Shown: in pieces, positions 40,990 through 50,128 of the stretch
How positions within the stretch are numbered: the first letter of the stretch is position 1
Layout of the letters: each line of letters begins with the position of its first letter
NCBI GenBank assembly: GCA_049642725.1
Contig: JBARPC010000016.1
Coordinates: forward strand, 14,838-78,837
From: Minisyncoccales bacterium
GTDB lineage: Bacteria; Patescibacteriota; Minisyncoccia; Minisyncoccales; JAGMDC01
Direction of reading: 5' to 3'
DNA length: 64,000 nt
The notes under the pieces: model-generated
Databases searched by the model: none
Seen by the model: only the letters and a program-made list of their open reading frames with translations
Told to the model about the DNA's origin: nothing
Program-made: the position numbers and the translations under genes

Positions 40990-42972
40990 ATGGCTAAAAG
41001 AGTATATCATCGGAGAATATTTGGAGAAAATAAAAAAATAAGGCGAATTAAAAAATTGGCAAAATTTTTAGTTTTTTGTTTTAGTTTTTTGTTTTTTGTT
41101 TTTTGTTTTTTGTTTTTTTATTATGCCAAAGACCTGCCCAGGCCGGAAAACTTTATGGAAAAGCAATTTATTGAATCAACGAAAATATATGACCGGACTG
41201 GCGAAGTTCTTTTATATAATATCTATGGAGAAGAAAAAAGAACCATTATAGCTTTGGACGCAGTGCCAGAACAATTAATCCAAGCTATCATCACAGCTGA
41301 AGACAGAAATTTTTACAAACATCATGGCATTGATTACAGAGGCGTTATGCGGGCGATATTAGTAAATCTTAAATTAAAAAAACCGGCTCAGGGCGGCTCT
41401 ACTATTACACAGCAATTAATCAGGTCCAGTTTTTTAACTCTCAGTAAAACAGCTGAAAGAAAAATAAGGGAAATTATTTTAACCATAGAATTAGAAAGAA
41501 AATATACTAAGGACCAAATAATGGAATGGTATTTAAATCAGGTTCCTTTTGGCTCTAATGCTTACGGCGTAGAAGCGGCCAGCCAGACCTATTTTAAAAA
41601 ATCGGTTCAGGACTTATCTTTGGAAGAATCAGCTATTCTTGCCTCGCTCGTCTGCGGGCCGAGCCGTCTCTCTCCTTATGGTCAAAATGAAGACAGGTTA
41701 TTAGGGAGAAAAGATTATGTTTTAAAAGGAATGGCAGAGGAGGGATATATATCAAAAGAAGAAGCAGAAGAGGCAAAGAAAAGAGAAATATCCTTTGCTC
41801 CTAAACTTGTGGAAATCAAAGCTCCTCATTTTACCCTTTATGTTAAAAGCCAATTAGAAAGAGAATACGAAAGAGAAGATGATAGTAATTTTTTAAAAGA
41901 AAACGGATTAAAGGTTTATACTTCTTTGGATTGGGAGCTTCAGCATTTAGCAGAAACAGCAGTAGAAGATAGAGCAAAAATTAATGAAGGCTATCAGGCC
42001 CATAATGCTTCCTTGGTTGCCTTAAATCCGAAAAACGGCGAGGTTTTAGCAATGGTTGGCTCAAAAAATTATTTTGGCGAATCTTTTCCTGAAGGATGTA
42101 ATCCGGAAAAGGACTGTCTGTTTACACCCAAAGTGAATATTGCTATTTACGGCATTGGCAGACAACCCGGTTCTGCTTTTAAACCATTTGTTTATGTTAC
42201 TGCTTTTCAAAACGGCTATGACGGTGAAACCACAGTAATAGATGAAGAAACAAACTTTGGTCTTTGGGGAGATAAAGAATATATTCCCCAAAACTATGAT
42301 AATAAATTTAGAGGAGAAGTAACCTTAAGAGAGGCATTGGCGCAATCAATTAATGTGCCATCAGTAAAAGTTTTAGTTAATTTTTGCGGCTCTACGGTGC
42401 AGGAAAGTATTGAAAATAGCGTTAAAACCGCTCAAAAGCTGGGGATTACTACTTTAAGACCTTCTTACGGACCAGCCATTGTTTTGGGCGGCTGGGAGGT
42501 AAGATTGTTAGAAATGACTTCTGCTTATGGCGTTTTTGCTACCGAAGGATTAAAGGTACCGCCAGTAACTATTTTAAGAATTGAAGACGCGCAGGGTAAT
42601 ATAATAAAAGAAAATAAAAAAACTCCTCAAAGAGTTTTAGGTATTCAAGAGACACGACTCCTCAATAATATTCTTTCAGACAATGAAGCCAGGGCCCCTC
42701 TTTTTGGATATAATTCGTCTCTATATATTAAAGATTTTAATACAGCTGCTAAAACAGGAACAACCGAGGAGTATAAAGACGCCTGGACTATCGGCTACAG
42801 CCCTTCCATTGTATGCGGCGTTTGGGCCGGAAACAATGATAATTCTCCAACAAATAAAAAACCAGGTGTTACCCTGTCTGCGCCTATTTGGAAGGCATTT
42901 ATGTCAGAAGCTCTTAAAAAATTCCCTAAAGAAAATTTTACTCCTCCGGAATTTTTAGAAAAACAATTTTAA
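40990..42972 (+). CDS. class A penicillin-binding protein (glycosyltransferase 51 plus transpeptidase)
   Basis: EDRNFYKHHGID, GGSTITQQL (GT51). SAFKPF (SxxK), SINVPS (SxN), KTGTT. Confidence 0.9.
   Translation: MAKRVYHRRIFGENKKIRRIKKLAKFLVFCFSFLFFVFCFLFFYYAKDLPRPENFMEKQFIESTKIYDRTGEVLLYNIYGEEKRTIIALDAVPEQLIQAIITAEDRNFYKHHGIDYRGVMRAILVNLKLKKPAQGGSTITQQLIRSSFLTLSKTAERKIREIILTIELERKYTKDQIMEWYLNQVPFGSNAYGVEAASQTYFKKSVQDLSLEESAILASLVCGPSRLSPYGQNEDRLLGRKDYVLKGMAEEGYISKEEAEEAKKREISFAPKLVEIKAPHFTLYVKSQLEREYEREDDSNFLKENGLKVYTSLDWELQHLAETAVEDRAKINEGYQAHNASLVALNPKNGEVLAMVGSKNYFGESFPEGCNPEKDCLFTPKVNIAIYGIGRQPGSAFKPFVYVTAFQNGYDGETTVIDEETNFGLWGDKEYIPQNYDNKFRGEVTLREALAQSINVPSVKVLVNFCGSTVQESIENSVKTAQKLGITTLRPSYGPAIVLGGWEVRLLEMTSAYGVFATEGLKVPPVTILRIEDAQGNIIKENKKTPQRVLGIQETRLLNNILSDNEARAPLFGYNSSLYIKDFNTAAKTGTTEEYKDAWTIGYSPSIVCGVWAGNNDNSPTNKKPGVTLSAPIWKAFMSEALKKFPKENFTPPEFLEKQF
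41071..41119 (+). repeat. heptanucleotide tandem repeat (GTTTTTT)x5, preceded by two degenerate units, inside the PBP signal-anchor codons
   Basis: G at 41084, 41091, 41098, 41105 and 41112, each followed by six T. Confidence 0.85.
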
Positions 42973-44138
42973 GTGGATTTGATTGGCATTACAACATAAA
43001 GGTAACTTTCATCACCTACTGGTTTTAAAACAGAAGGACCATCTTCTTTATTTATTTCAAAAATTACTTCTGAACTTTTTATATTAACTAATCCTTCAAT
43101 TAAGAATTTCCAATTAAAAGAAACTTTTATTTCATTACCTGTGATTTTACATGGAATAACTGATTTATTTTCACCAAGATCTGCGCTTTGAGAAGAAATT
43201 TCTAATTGTTTCTTTTCTGGTACTGTTTTTAATTTAACCTCATTAACTTTACCGCTAAACAGAGAAGCGGTTTTTATTTTATTTAAAAATTCATTTTTAT
43301 CTAAAATAGCCCGTGTCTCATATTTTTTAGGGATAATCTCCTGATAATTAGGGTAGTCGCCTTCAATTAAGCGAGAAATAAGTTGAATTTGTGGTTTAGT
43401 AATTTCTGGAAATAATATCTCAAATAACACCTGATTGGAAGAAAAATAAATCCTGATTTTTTTAGAATCCATTTTTCTAACAACATCACTATCTTTTTCA
43501 GAAAAAATATTAAGGAGTTCCCTGCTTGTTTTTAATGGAAGTATAAAAGAATATCCTTGTTCTGGAATTAAATCGCTGTCTAATTTATTTTTAAAATAAA
43601 GCGTTTTTTCAGCTAATCTAAAACTATCAGTACTTGTTATTTTTAGTTGGTTTTTTTGAAAATTAAAATATATCCCAGATAATTCTACTCTTGTTTGACT
43701 AGGGCTGGTAAAGTTAATTACTTGAGAAATTCCTTCATAAAAAGGAGTGATATTAATTTCTAAAAATTTTTTATTCTCAATTTTTGGGATAATTGGAAAT
43801 TCTTCTATATCCTGACCTTTAATCTGCGCTTTTTGATTTTTACATTCAATATGTAAAACATTATTTTTTACATCTAATATTATTTTTTCATTTGGAAGAA
43901 AATTAACAAAGATAGATAAAAATTTAGCTGGAATAGTTATTTTTCCTTGTTTTTCTATTTTAGCTAAAACCCAGTATTTTATACCCATTTCAAGATCAGT
44001 TGTGGCAAGATTTAAAAGATTAGCTTCAGTAGAAATTAAAACATTATTTAAAATTGGAAGAGTGAAATTTTTACCAGTTATTTTTTCTACAATATCTAAT
44101 CCCTTTTTTAAATTTTCTTTTAAAGTTATTATTTTCAT
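42969..44138 (-). CDS. dnaN: DNA polymerase III beta sliding clamp
   Basis: 389 aa immediately downstream of dnaA. Three-domain clamp pattern with MKIITLKENLKKGL start and C-terminal YLYVVMPI. Confidence 0.9.
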   Translation of the reverse strand: MKIITLKENLKKGLDIVEKITGKNFTLPILNNVLISTEANLLNLATTDLEMGIKYWVLAKIEKQGKITIPAKFLSIFVNFLPNEKIILDVKNNVLHIECKNQKAQIKGQDIEEFPIIPKIENKKFLEINITPFYEGISQVINFTSPSQTRVELSGIYFNFQKNQLKITSTDSFRLAEKTLYFKNKLDSDLIPEQGYSFILPLKTSRELLNIFSEKDSDVVRKMDSKKIRIYFSSNQVLFEILFPEITKPQIQLISRLIEGDYPNYQEIIPKKYETRAILDKNEFLNKIKTASLFSGKVNEVKLKTVPEKKQLEISSQSADLGENKSVIPCKITGNEIKVSFNWKFLIEGLVNIKSSEVIFEINKEDGPSVLKPVGDESYLYVVMPIKST

Positions 44139-44306
44139 ATTATTAATATTAATTAAATAAATTTTATTATTGTTATTATATATGTGTATATCTTTATTTT
44201 TAATTTAATTCTTCTATAAATAACTTGTGTAAAATTTGTTTATTAAAAATGGTTTAAAATTTCTTTTTTTATAATTCAGATTTTCTTCACTTTTTCTTCA
44301 CTTTTT

Positions 44307-45665
44307 TTAGACAGAATATATCCTTTGTTTAATTAAATTAATCTCCTCAAAAAGTTTTTCGTTTTCTTTTACTTCTCTGGAAATTTTTTCAAAAGCGTAA
44401 ATAGCAGTGGTATGATCTTTACCTCCAAATTTATTACCTATGAAAGGAAATGAGCAATTTAGGGATTCTCTTAAAATATACATTGCTATTTGACGCGGCA
44501 TAACAATTTCTTTTTTTCTTGAAGCAGCAATAATTTCTTTCTCTTTTAAATCGTAAAATTCAGCTACTGTTTGGATGATTTTTTTAGGGCTTACTATTTT
44601 CGCTGGAGTAGAGATAATATGTTTTAAAAGTGTTTTAGCCGCTTCAAAATTAGGGGTTTCGTTATTTAATTTTTGATAAGCGATTAACCTATTTAAGCCG
44701 CCTTCTAATTCTCTAATATTTTCTTTGATGTTTGAACTAACATATTCTAAAACATCATCAGAAAGATTTATCCCTTTTTCTTGTGATTTAACTTTTAGAA
44801 TAGCCATTCTGGTTTCAAAGTCAGGAAAACCAATATCAGCGATCATTCCTCCTTCAAAACGGGAACGTAGACGTTCTTCTAAGTTAGAGATAGCTTTTGG
44901 CGGACAGTCTGAAGAAATAATTATCTGTTTGTTGTTTTCGTATAAAGTATTAAAAATATGAAAAAATTCTTCTTGAGTTTTTTCTTTTCCAGCTAAAAAT
45001 TGTATATCGTCAATAATTAAAACATCAATTTTTTTGTGGTTGTTTTTAAACTCCTCAATACTGTGATTCTTGATTGAAGAAACAATGCCGGAAGTGAATT
45101 TTTCGGTAGTAATATATTTTATTTTTTTGTCTTGAAAATTTTTTTTAGTTTTGTTACCAATGGCTTGAATAAGATGAGTCTTGCCTAATCCTACCCCACC
45201 GTAGATAAAAAAAGGATTATAGGTTAGTCCAGGATTTTTAGAAATAGCCCAGGAAGCAGCATGGGAAAGTTCATTAAAAGGCCCTACTACAAAATTTTCA
45301 AATAAATAACGTGGATTTAAATTAGTAGCCTTATCAATTTTGAATTCTTGGAATTGAAGCTGTTCTTCGTCTATATAGGAATCTACAATATTAGATAACT
45401 CTTTTTTTATTTTTAATCCAGTTCTAGGAACTTCGTATGTTACTTCTTTTACTTCTTCATTTAAACTGTGGGCGATTTTTAAAATAGTTTTACTATACTT
45501 ATTATCCAACCATTCTTTAGAAAAATGATTAGGGACAGAAACTACGAGTTTCCCTTCTTTTTTTAAAAGAATTTTCGTGTTTTTAAACCAGGTAGCAAAA
45601 TTAGCTGGAGAAGTATTAAACTGAATTTGGGCAAGTATTGCCTGCCAGAGTTCTTCTTTAGTCAT
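44307..45665 (-). CDS. dnaA: chromosomal replication initiator DnaA
   Basis: Walker A GGVGLGKTHLIQAIG, box VII, C-terminal DNA-binding helix FGGKDHTTAIYA. Confidence 0.95.
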   Translation of the reverse strand: MTKEELWQAILAQIQFNTSPANFATWFKNTKILLKKEGKLVVSVPNHFSKEWLDNKYSKTILKIAHSLNEEVKEVTYEVPRTGLKIKKELSNIVDSYIDEEQLQFQEFKIDKATNLNPRYLFENFVVGPFNELSHAASWAISKNPGLTYNPFFIYGGVGLGKTHLIQAIGNKTKKNFQDKKIKYITTEKFTSGIVSSIKNHSIEEFKNNHKKIDVLIIDDIQFLAGKEKTQEEFFHIFNTLYENNKQIIISSDCPPKAISNLEERLRSRFEGGMIADIGFPDFETRMAILKVKSQEKGINLSDDVLEYVSSNIKENIRELEGGLNRLIAYQKLNNETPNFEAAKTLLKHIISTPAKIVSPKKIIQTVAEFYDLKEKEIIAASRKKEIVMPRQIAMYILRESLNCSFPFIGNKFGGKDHTTAIYAFEKISREVKENEKLFEEINLIKQRIYSV

Positions 45666-45842
45666 ATTATTGCGTTTTTATCATATCACATTGTCAAATA
45701 AAGACAAATTAAGTTTAAATAAATTAAAAAGCAAAGGCATAGCTAAAATTTGTTGATAAACTGGGGAAAAAGTGTGGGAAAGAACATACTAATATACCGT
45801 GTTGTTTTTTTAATTAGAATATGATAATGTTAAAATATTATT

Positions 45843-45980
45843 ATGAGTATTACTTATAAGCCTAAAAAAAGAAAAAGAAAAAAAACACATGGGTTTTTAG
45901 ATAGAAAAAGAACCAAGGGTGGAAAAAGGATTTTAGCGCAAAGGAGAAGAAAGGGGAGAAGGAAATTAAGCGTCGTATAG
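45843..45980 (+). CDS. rpmH: 50S ribosomal protein L34
   Basis: Hand translation gives [45 protein letters not shown]. Lies upstream of rnpA as in most bacteria. Below the ORF-track size cut-off. Confidence 0.9.
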   Translation: MSITYKPKKRKRKKTHGFLDRKRTKGGKRILAQRRRKGRRKLSVV

Positions 45981-45984
45981 AATT

Positions 45985-46015
45985 CCGAGTTAACTTAACC
46001 GAGTTAAGCAATAAT
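45985..46015 (-). repeat. dispersed intergenic repeat (CTTAACTCGGTTAAG family), copy 2, reverse orientation
   Basis: The reverse complement ATTATTGCTTAACTCGGTTAAGTTAACTCGG is identical to 19546..19576. Confidence 0.8.
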
Positions 46016-46043
46016 TAATTTCGGATTTCGGATTTTTGAGTTT

Positions 46044-46382
46044 ATGTTTAGTCAAAAAAATCGTTTAAGAAAGAAAAATGACTTTGATAGAGTTTTTAAA
46101 CAAGGAAGAGGATATAGGCACGGCTTTTTATTTTTAAAAGTTTTAGATAATGATTTGGGATTTACTAGATTTGGTGTTGTTGTTAGTAAAAAAATTTCAA
46201 ATAAGGCAGTGGTTCGCAATAAAATAAAAAGGCAGTTAAGAGAGATATTAAAGAAAAAAACAGACACGGTAAAAAAAGGTTTAGATATTGTTTTTTTAAC
46301 TAATAGCGGTATAGAAAAAGAAAACTTTAAGGATATAGAGCAAGAAGTTGAAGAAATTTTAAAAAAAGCAGGAATAATATGA
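46044..46382 (+). CDS. rnpA: RNase P protein component
   Basis: RLRKKNDFDRVFKQGR...VVVSKKISNKAVVRNKIKRQLRE is the RnpA motif. Confidence 0.85.
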   Translation: MFSQKNRLRKKNDFDRVFKQGRGYRHGFLFLKVLDNDLGFTRFGVVVSKKISNKAVVRNKIKRQLREILKKKTDTVKKGLDIVFLTNSGIEKENFKDIEQEVEEILKKAGII

Positions 46383-46588
46383 TAAAAAATTTATTCTTAA
46401 AGATAATTAAGTTTTACCAGGGGTTTATTTCTCCTGGGTTAGGAAAACATTGCCGTTTTTATCCCAGTTGTTCTGAATATTGTTATTTATCTATCCAAAA
46501 ATATGGTATACTTAAAGGGTTGTTTTTCGGAATAAAAAGAATTTTAAGATGCCATCCTTTTAATAAGGGAGGGGTAGACCTACCATAA
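46379..46588 (+). CDS. yidD: membrane protein insertion efficiency factor YidD
   Basis: YQGFISPGLGKHCRFYPSCSEYCYLSIQKYG...RCHPF. Confidence 0.9.
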   Translation: MIKNLFLKIIKFYQGFISPGLGKHCRFYPSCSEYCYLSIQKYGILKGLFFGIKRILRCHPFNKGGVDLP

Positions 46589-46591
46589 AAG

Positions 46592-47323
46592 ATGTTTGAA
46601 TTATTTATTTCATTTTTTTATACGGTTCTTCAACAGCCATTATTTAATGGTTTAGTTTTATTATATAAATATATCCCAGGCCATGATTTTGGCATTGCTG
46701 TGATTGTCTTAACTATCTTAATAAGATTAGCGATATATCCTTTGAGCGCTAAAGGCATTAGGGCGCAAAAAGAGCTTTCTGAATTGCAGCCGAAAATGAA
46801 AGAGATTCAGAACAACTTTAAAAACGATAAAGAAAAACAGGCCAAAGCAATGATGGAGCTTTACCAAAAAGAAAAAGTTAATCCCCTTTCCGGCTGCCTG
46901 CCATTATTAATCCAGCTTCCTATTATTATTGCTCTTTATAGAGTATTTTGGACATTTGACTCTAACGGGCTTCAGGGATTATATCCTTTTATTCATTTTT
47001 CTAATCATATTAATACTTCTTTTTTAGGTATGGTAGAGCTTACAGAAGCATTTTGGCCTTTTGCTATTTTAGTTGGTATTTTGCAGTTTTTCCAAACAAA
47101 AATGATTATTCCTCAATCAGGCAAAGCTAAGTCTGGTTCTAAAGATTCAATGGCGCAGTTTTCAAATATAATGCAGAAACAAATGCTTTATTTCTTTCCT
47201 GTTTTCATTGTTTTAATCCTTTGGACATTGCCTTCAGTTTTAGCTTTATATTTAATAGTGTTCACCTTATTTAGTATTGTCCAGCAATATCTCACATTAA
47301 AAACATCCAAGCAACATGATTAG
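46592..47323 (+). CDS. yidC: membrane insertase YidC (short Oxa1-type)
   Basis: Five TM pattern. MKEIQNNFKNDKEKQAKAMMELYQKEKVNPLSGCLPLLIQLPI is the conserved YidC C1 region. Confidence 0.85.
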   Translation: MFELFISFFYTVLQQPLFNGLVLLYKYIPGHDFGIAVIVLTILIRLAIYPLSAKGIRAQKELSELQPKMKEIQNNFKNDKEKQAKAMMELYQKEKVNPLSGCLPLLIQLPIIIALYRVFWTFDSNGLQGLYPFIHFSNHINTSFLGMVELTEAFWPFAILVGILQFFQTKMIIPQSGKAKSGSKDSMAQFSNIMQKQMLYFFPVFIVLILWTLPSVLALYLIVFTLFSIVQQYLTLKTSKQHD

Positions 47324-47780
47324 CAAGCAAGATTTAGAAAAAATTAAAAAAATTACACAAGAGTTTTTTAAGAAAATGTCTTTTGAAACAGAGATTGAAG
47401 TAAAATCCTTACCTGACGAGGAGACAATTTCTATTGCTCTAAAAATGGAAGAGCCGCAGGTTTTAATTGGAGAAAACGGGCGCACTTTGGCTGAAATTCA
47501 GCATCTATTAAAAATAATATTAAGAAGAGCAATAGAAGAGCAATTCTATATTAATGTTGATATTAATGATTATAAAGAGAGAAAAACAGAGTATTTAAAA
47601 GAAATGGCTCGTTCAGTGGCTGAAGAAGTGGCTTTATCTAAAAAAGAGAGAGTGCTTGCTCCAATGACCGGCTTTGAAAGGCGCATTATTCATTTAGAAT
47701 TAGCTGATAAAAAAAACATTGTTTCAGAAAGTATTGGTCAGGAGCCGGAAAGAAGAATAGTTGTAAAACCACACCCTTAA
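47316..47780 (+). CDS. jag: Jag/KhpB RNA-binding protein (KH plus R3H)
   Basis: C-terminal R3H motif ERRIIHLELAD. Position after yidC. Confidence 0.8.
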   Translation: MISKQDLEKIKKITQEFFKKMSFETEIEVKSLPDEETISIALKMEEPQVLIGENGRTLAEIQHLLKIILRRAIEEQFYINVDINDYKERKTEYLKEMARSVAEEVALSKKERVLAPMTGFERRIIHLELADKKNIVSESIGQEPERRIVVKPHP

Positions 47781-47781
47781 T

Positions 47782-47821
47782 ATTATTACTTAACTCGGTT
47801 AAGTTAACTCGGTTTAGCAAT
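47782..47821 (+). repeat. dispersed intergenic repeat, copy 3, followed by GCAATATTCAAA x2
   Basis: ATTATTACTTAACTCGGTTAAGTTAACTCGGTTTAGCAAT has one mismatch to copy 1. Confidence 0.8.
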
Positions 47822-47860
47822 ATTCAAATTAAGCAATATTCAAACAAAACTCAAAACAAA

Positions 47861-47882
47861 AACCGCTGAGAAGCGGTTTTTT
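47861..47882. terminator. bidirectional rho-independent terminator
   Basis: AAAAACCGCT-GAGA-AGCGGTTTTTT. Confidence 0.8.
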
Positions 47883-47910
47883 AAATCAATTTATTGTTTA
47901 ATTTATTCTA

Positions 47911-49701
47911 TTACTCTATTACTTGGATGCAAGAGGCCTTTTGAGATATTGAGTTTATAGGATTACAGGCAGGACAGGGGTTGGCAAAAGTAGTAGCAAG
48001 AGGAGTGCCTGGACAGCAGTTTCCGGTAGCATAATAATCGCAACTTAATTCAGAAAAAGTATATTTATATTTTGTACAATTACTCCTTTGTGTCAAGCAG
48101 TCATTAAAACCATCAGGAGGAATATCACAATCAAATCCTGCACCCCCTGCAAAATCACAAGCGCCACTAGTAGCAGGAAGATCCAACAAGGCATTAGAAG
48201 GTCCTGGAGTGTCCCAGGAATCTGGATGCGGTGAAAGCCATTCTCGTCCGCAACAACTATCATCTGTTTCGCAGTCAATACCATAAGCATTATCAGGATT
48301 GTCATACTTGCCAGCAGACACATTTAAAGAACCACAGTCGCATTTTCCAGCGGCATCCGGTTCCCTGCATTGAGCGCCGGTTCCGCCATTTTCCCAAATT
48401 TTTATTTTACAGCCGCCTTTATATTGATAAACTTCTGTTACAGAGTTGCTTGGCACAATACTATCTTTTCCTAATTGATATATTTCACCTCTGGGAATAA
48501 AATCAGTTTTTCCAGCTCCTTTGATAAGAACGCCGCCGCACACGCCAAATTTAATTACGCATATCTTGCTTACAGCGTTATCACCGACATCGTTATTAGC
48601 AACTAAAGCGCCGTCTGCTGGATTATTTGAAATAAAAGTATCGCCATAACCGGTGTTTTCCGGAAAATTGTCATATACAATACCTGAACCTTTCCATCCA
48701 CAATCTCCATTAGGTTCTCTACATAAAACTGTCCAATAACCAGGTCCTACTTCTAAGGAAGAAGCTCGGTTTTCGCCGATGCGAGATAATTCAGAACCGC
48801 TTTTACAATCATAACCGTTTATGCCGGCCGGGAACTCCTGATAAATCCCGCCAAAGTTTTTTTCTTCATACAAACGTGCTCCTTGAGGAATATCAGATAT
48901 CTCAATTGAAGAAAGAGCTCCTAATCCGTCTTCACCTAAAAATACACCAGTAATATCATTTCTTAAAACACTTATATCTATACATTGTTTTGGGGTTGTT
49001 AAAATCTTGCATTCTTTAAGGTCGCTGTCAGCGCATACTCTGACTCTTTTGTCATCACCATAAAAAATAAGCGATATTGCTATGTCATTCCAGTCATCAG
49101 ATTCGTTATATTGATGCCTTTTTAGGTTTTCACTCAAGGAAAGATTTAACATTTGTCCGCCAATACATTCTTTATTGTCATCTTTGTCAATATCAAGCCA
49201 TTCTTTTCCTGCGTTTTTGCAATCCTCTTCTGTAATAATACCGACATCAATATTACAATTCAATTCGTCAAATAGAGTAACAGTGCCAGATGTGCCTTGA
49301 TAAAAACTTATATCTTCTAAATCAATAGGATAGAAAATAGTTAATTGGGGATTGATTGTGTTTAGAATCAGCCAGGAGCAGAGCAGAAGGACTAAGCCGA
49401 TTAAAGCCCCAAATATTCTATCTTTAGCGTCAGATAAAGCAGCCGGATTGCCGGCAGAAATTAAATAAAGAAAGCCGCCGATAACCAGAGCGGCAAAAGC
49501 AATTAAACCGACAATAATTAAAGAAAAATTAAATAAATATTTTATATACTCTGGCAAAAGGGTTTCCTGGACAGTAGTAGGTTTTTCACCGGCAATTTCA
49601 GGATAATCAACTTCCAGGGGTCTTTCAACAGCAAAAACATTCTGGCAGCAGATAAAAAGAAAGATAATTAATATTATAGATAAAAAAAATTTATATTTCA
49701 T
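47911..49701 (-). CDS. T4SS-pilin-like N-terminal domain fused to a ~470-aa Cys-rich extracellular region
   Basis: Signal peptide plus two TM helices with LYLISAGNPAALSDAKDRIFGALIGLVLLL, as in TrbC/VirB2-type pilins of CPR clusters (from memory). I count about 28 Cys downstream. LYEEKNFGG...SSLEVGPGYW resembles a beta-gamma-crystallin Greek-key motif. Confidence 0.6.
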   Translation of the reverse strand: MKYKFFLSIILIIFLFICCQNVFAVERPLEVDYPEIAGEKPTTVQETLLPEYIKYLFNFSLIIVGLIAFAALVIGGFLYLISAGNPAALSDAKDRIFGALIGLVLLLCSWLILNTINPQLTIFYPIDLEDISFYQGTSGTVTLFDELNCNIDVGIITEEDCKNAGKEWLDIDKDDNKECIGGQMLNLSLSENLKRHQYNESDDWNDIAISLIFYGDDKRVRVCADSDLKECKILTTPKQCIDISVLRNDITGVFLGEDGLGALSSIEISDIPQGARLYEEKNFGGIYQEFPAGINGYDCKSGSELSRIGENRASSLEVGPGYWTVLCREPNGDCGWKGSGIVYDNFPENTGYGDTFISNNPADGALVANNDVGDNAVSKICVIKFGVCGGVLIKGAGKTDFIPRGEIYQLGKDSIVPSNSVTEVYQYKGGCKIKIWENGGTGAQCREPDAAGKCDCGSLNVSAGKYDNPDNAYGIDCETDDSCCGREWLSPHPDSWDTPGPSNALLDLPATSGACDFAGGAGFDCDIPPDGFNDCLTQRSNCTKYKYTFSELSCDYYATGNCCPGTPLATTFANPCPACNPINSISQKASCIQVIE

Positions 49702-49713
49702 TATTTTATTTTA

Positions 49714-50127
49714 TCAACTTTTTAGTTCAGAGTAAACAAAGATAGTCCAAAAGGGCAGGGCGCCAATAACAGGAATTAATTCTCCAAGAGCAGCTAAGCC
49801 AAATCTTAGTCCTCTTTTTGCTCCTTTTTTTACTGTTTTTTTTGCTTTCTTTTTCATTCTTTTCTTTTTCATTTCTTCTATCTTTTTTTGTCTTTCAGCT
49901 ACTTTTTCGCCCATTTCTTCTTTTACTTCTTCTTTTGATTTTTCGCCTTGAGAACGCATAAGTGTCCAGGCGCCGAAAAAGAGAATGCCGATTCCATCAG
50001 GGATATAAGAAAGAACTTCGCCTATTCCAAAAACAAGATCTAATAATAAACAGATTACTCCAATTAAATCAAGTAAACCTGCCAAGAATAACATTAAGAT
50101 TGCTTCTGGACTAAATAAAGAAGACAT
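49714..50127 (-). CDS. small membrane protein with Lys-rich cytoplasmic loop
   Basis: Hydrophobic N- and C-terminal segments flank a KKKRMKKKAKK stretch. Tightly packed between the pilin fusion and the VirB4-like gene. Confidence 0.5.
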   Translation of the reverse strand: MSSLFSPEAILMLFLAGLLDLIGVICLLLDLVFGIGEVLSYIPDGIGILFFGAWTLMRSQGEKSKEEVKEEMGEKVAERQKKIEEMKKKRMKKKAKKTVKKGAKRGLRFGLAALGELIPVIGALPFWTIFVYSELKS

Positions 50128-50128
50128 A

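Noticed and set aside
41071-41119. CRISPR array or other spaced-repeat locus
   Set aside because: The only tandem repeats seen are this 7-nt microsatellite and the coding repeats in surface genes. I found no 25-40 nt repeats separated by unique spacers anywhere in the window.
44139-44306. Annotating the dnaN-dnaA spacer as oriC
   Set aside because: It is AT-rich and carries a short direct repeat, but has no convincing DnaA-box cluster. Without skew or comparative data the call would be unsupported. It is reported as an open question instead.
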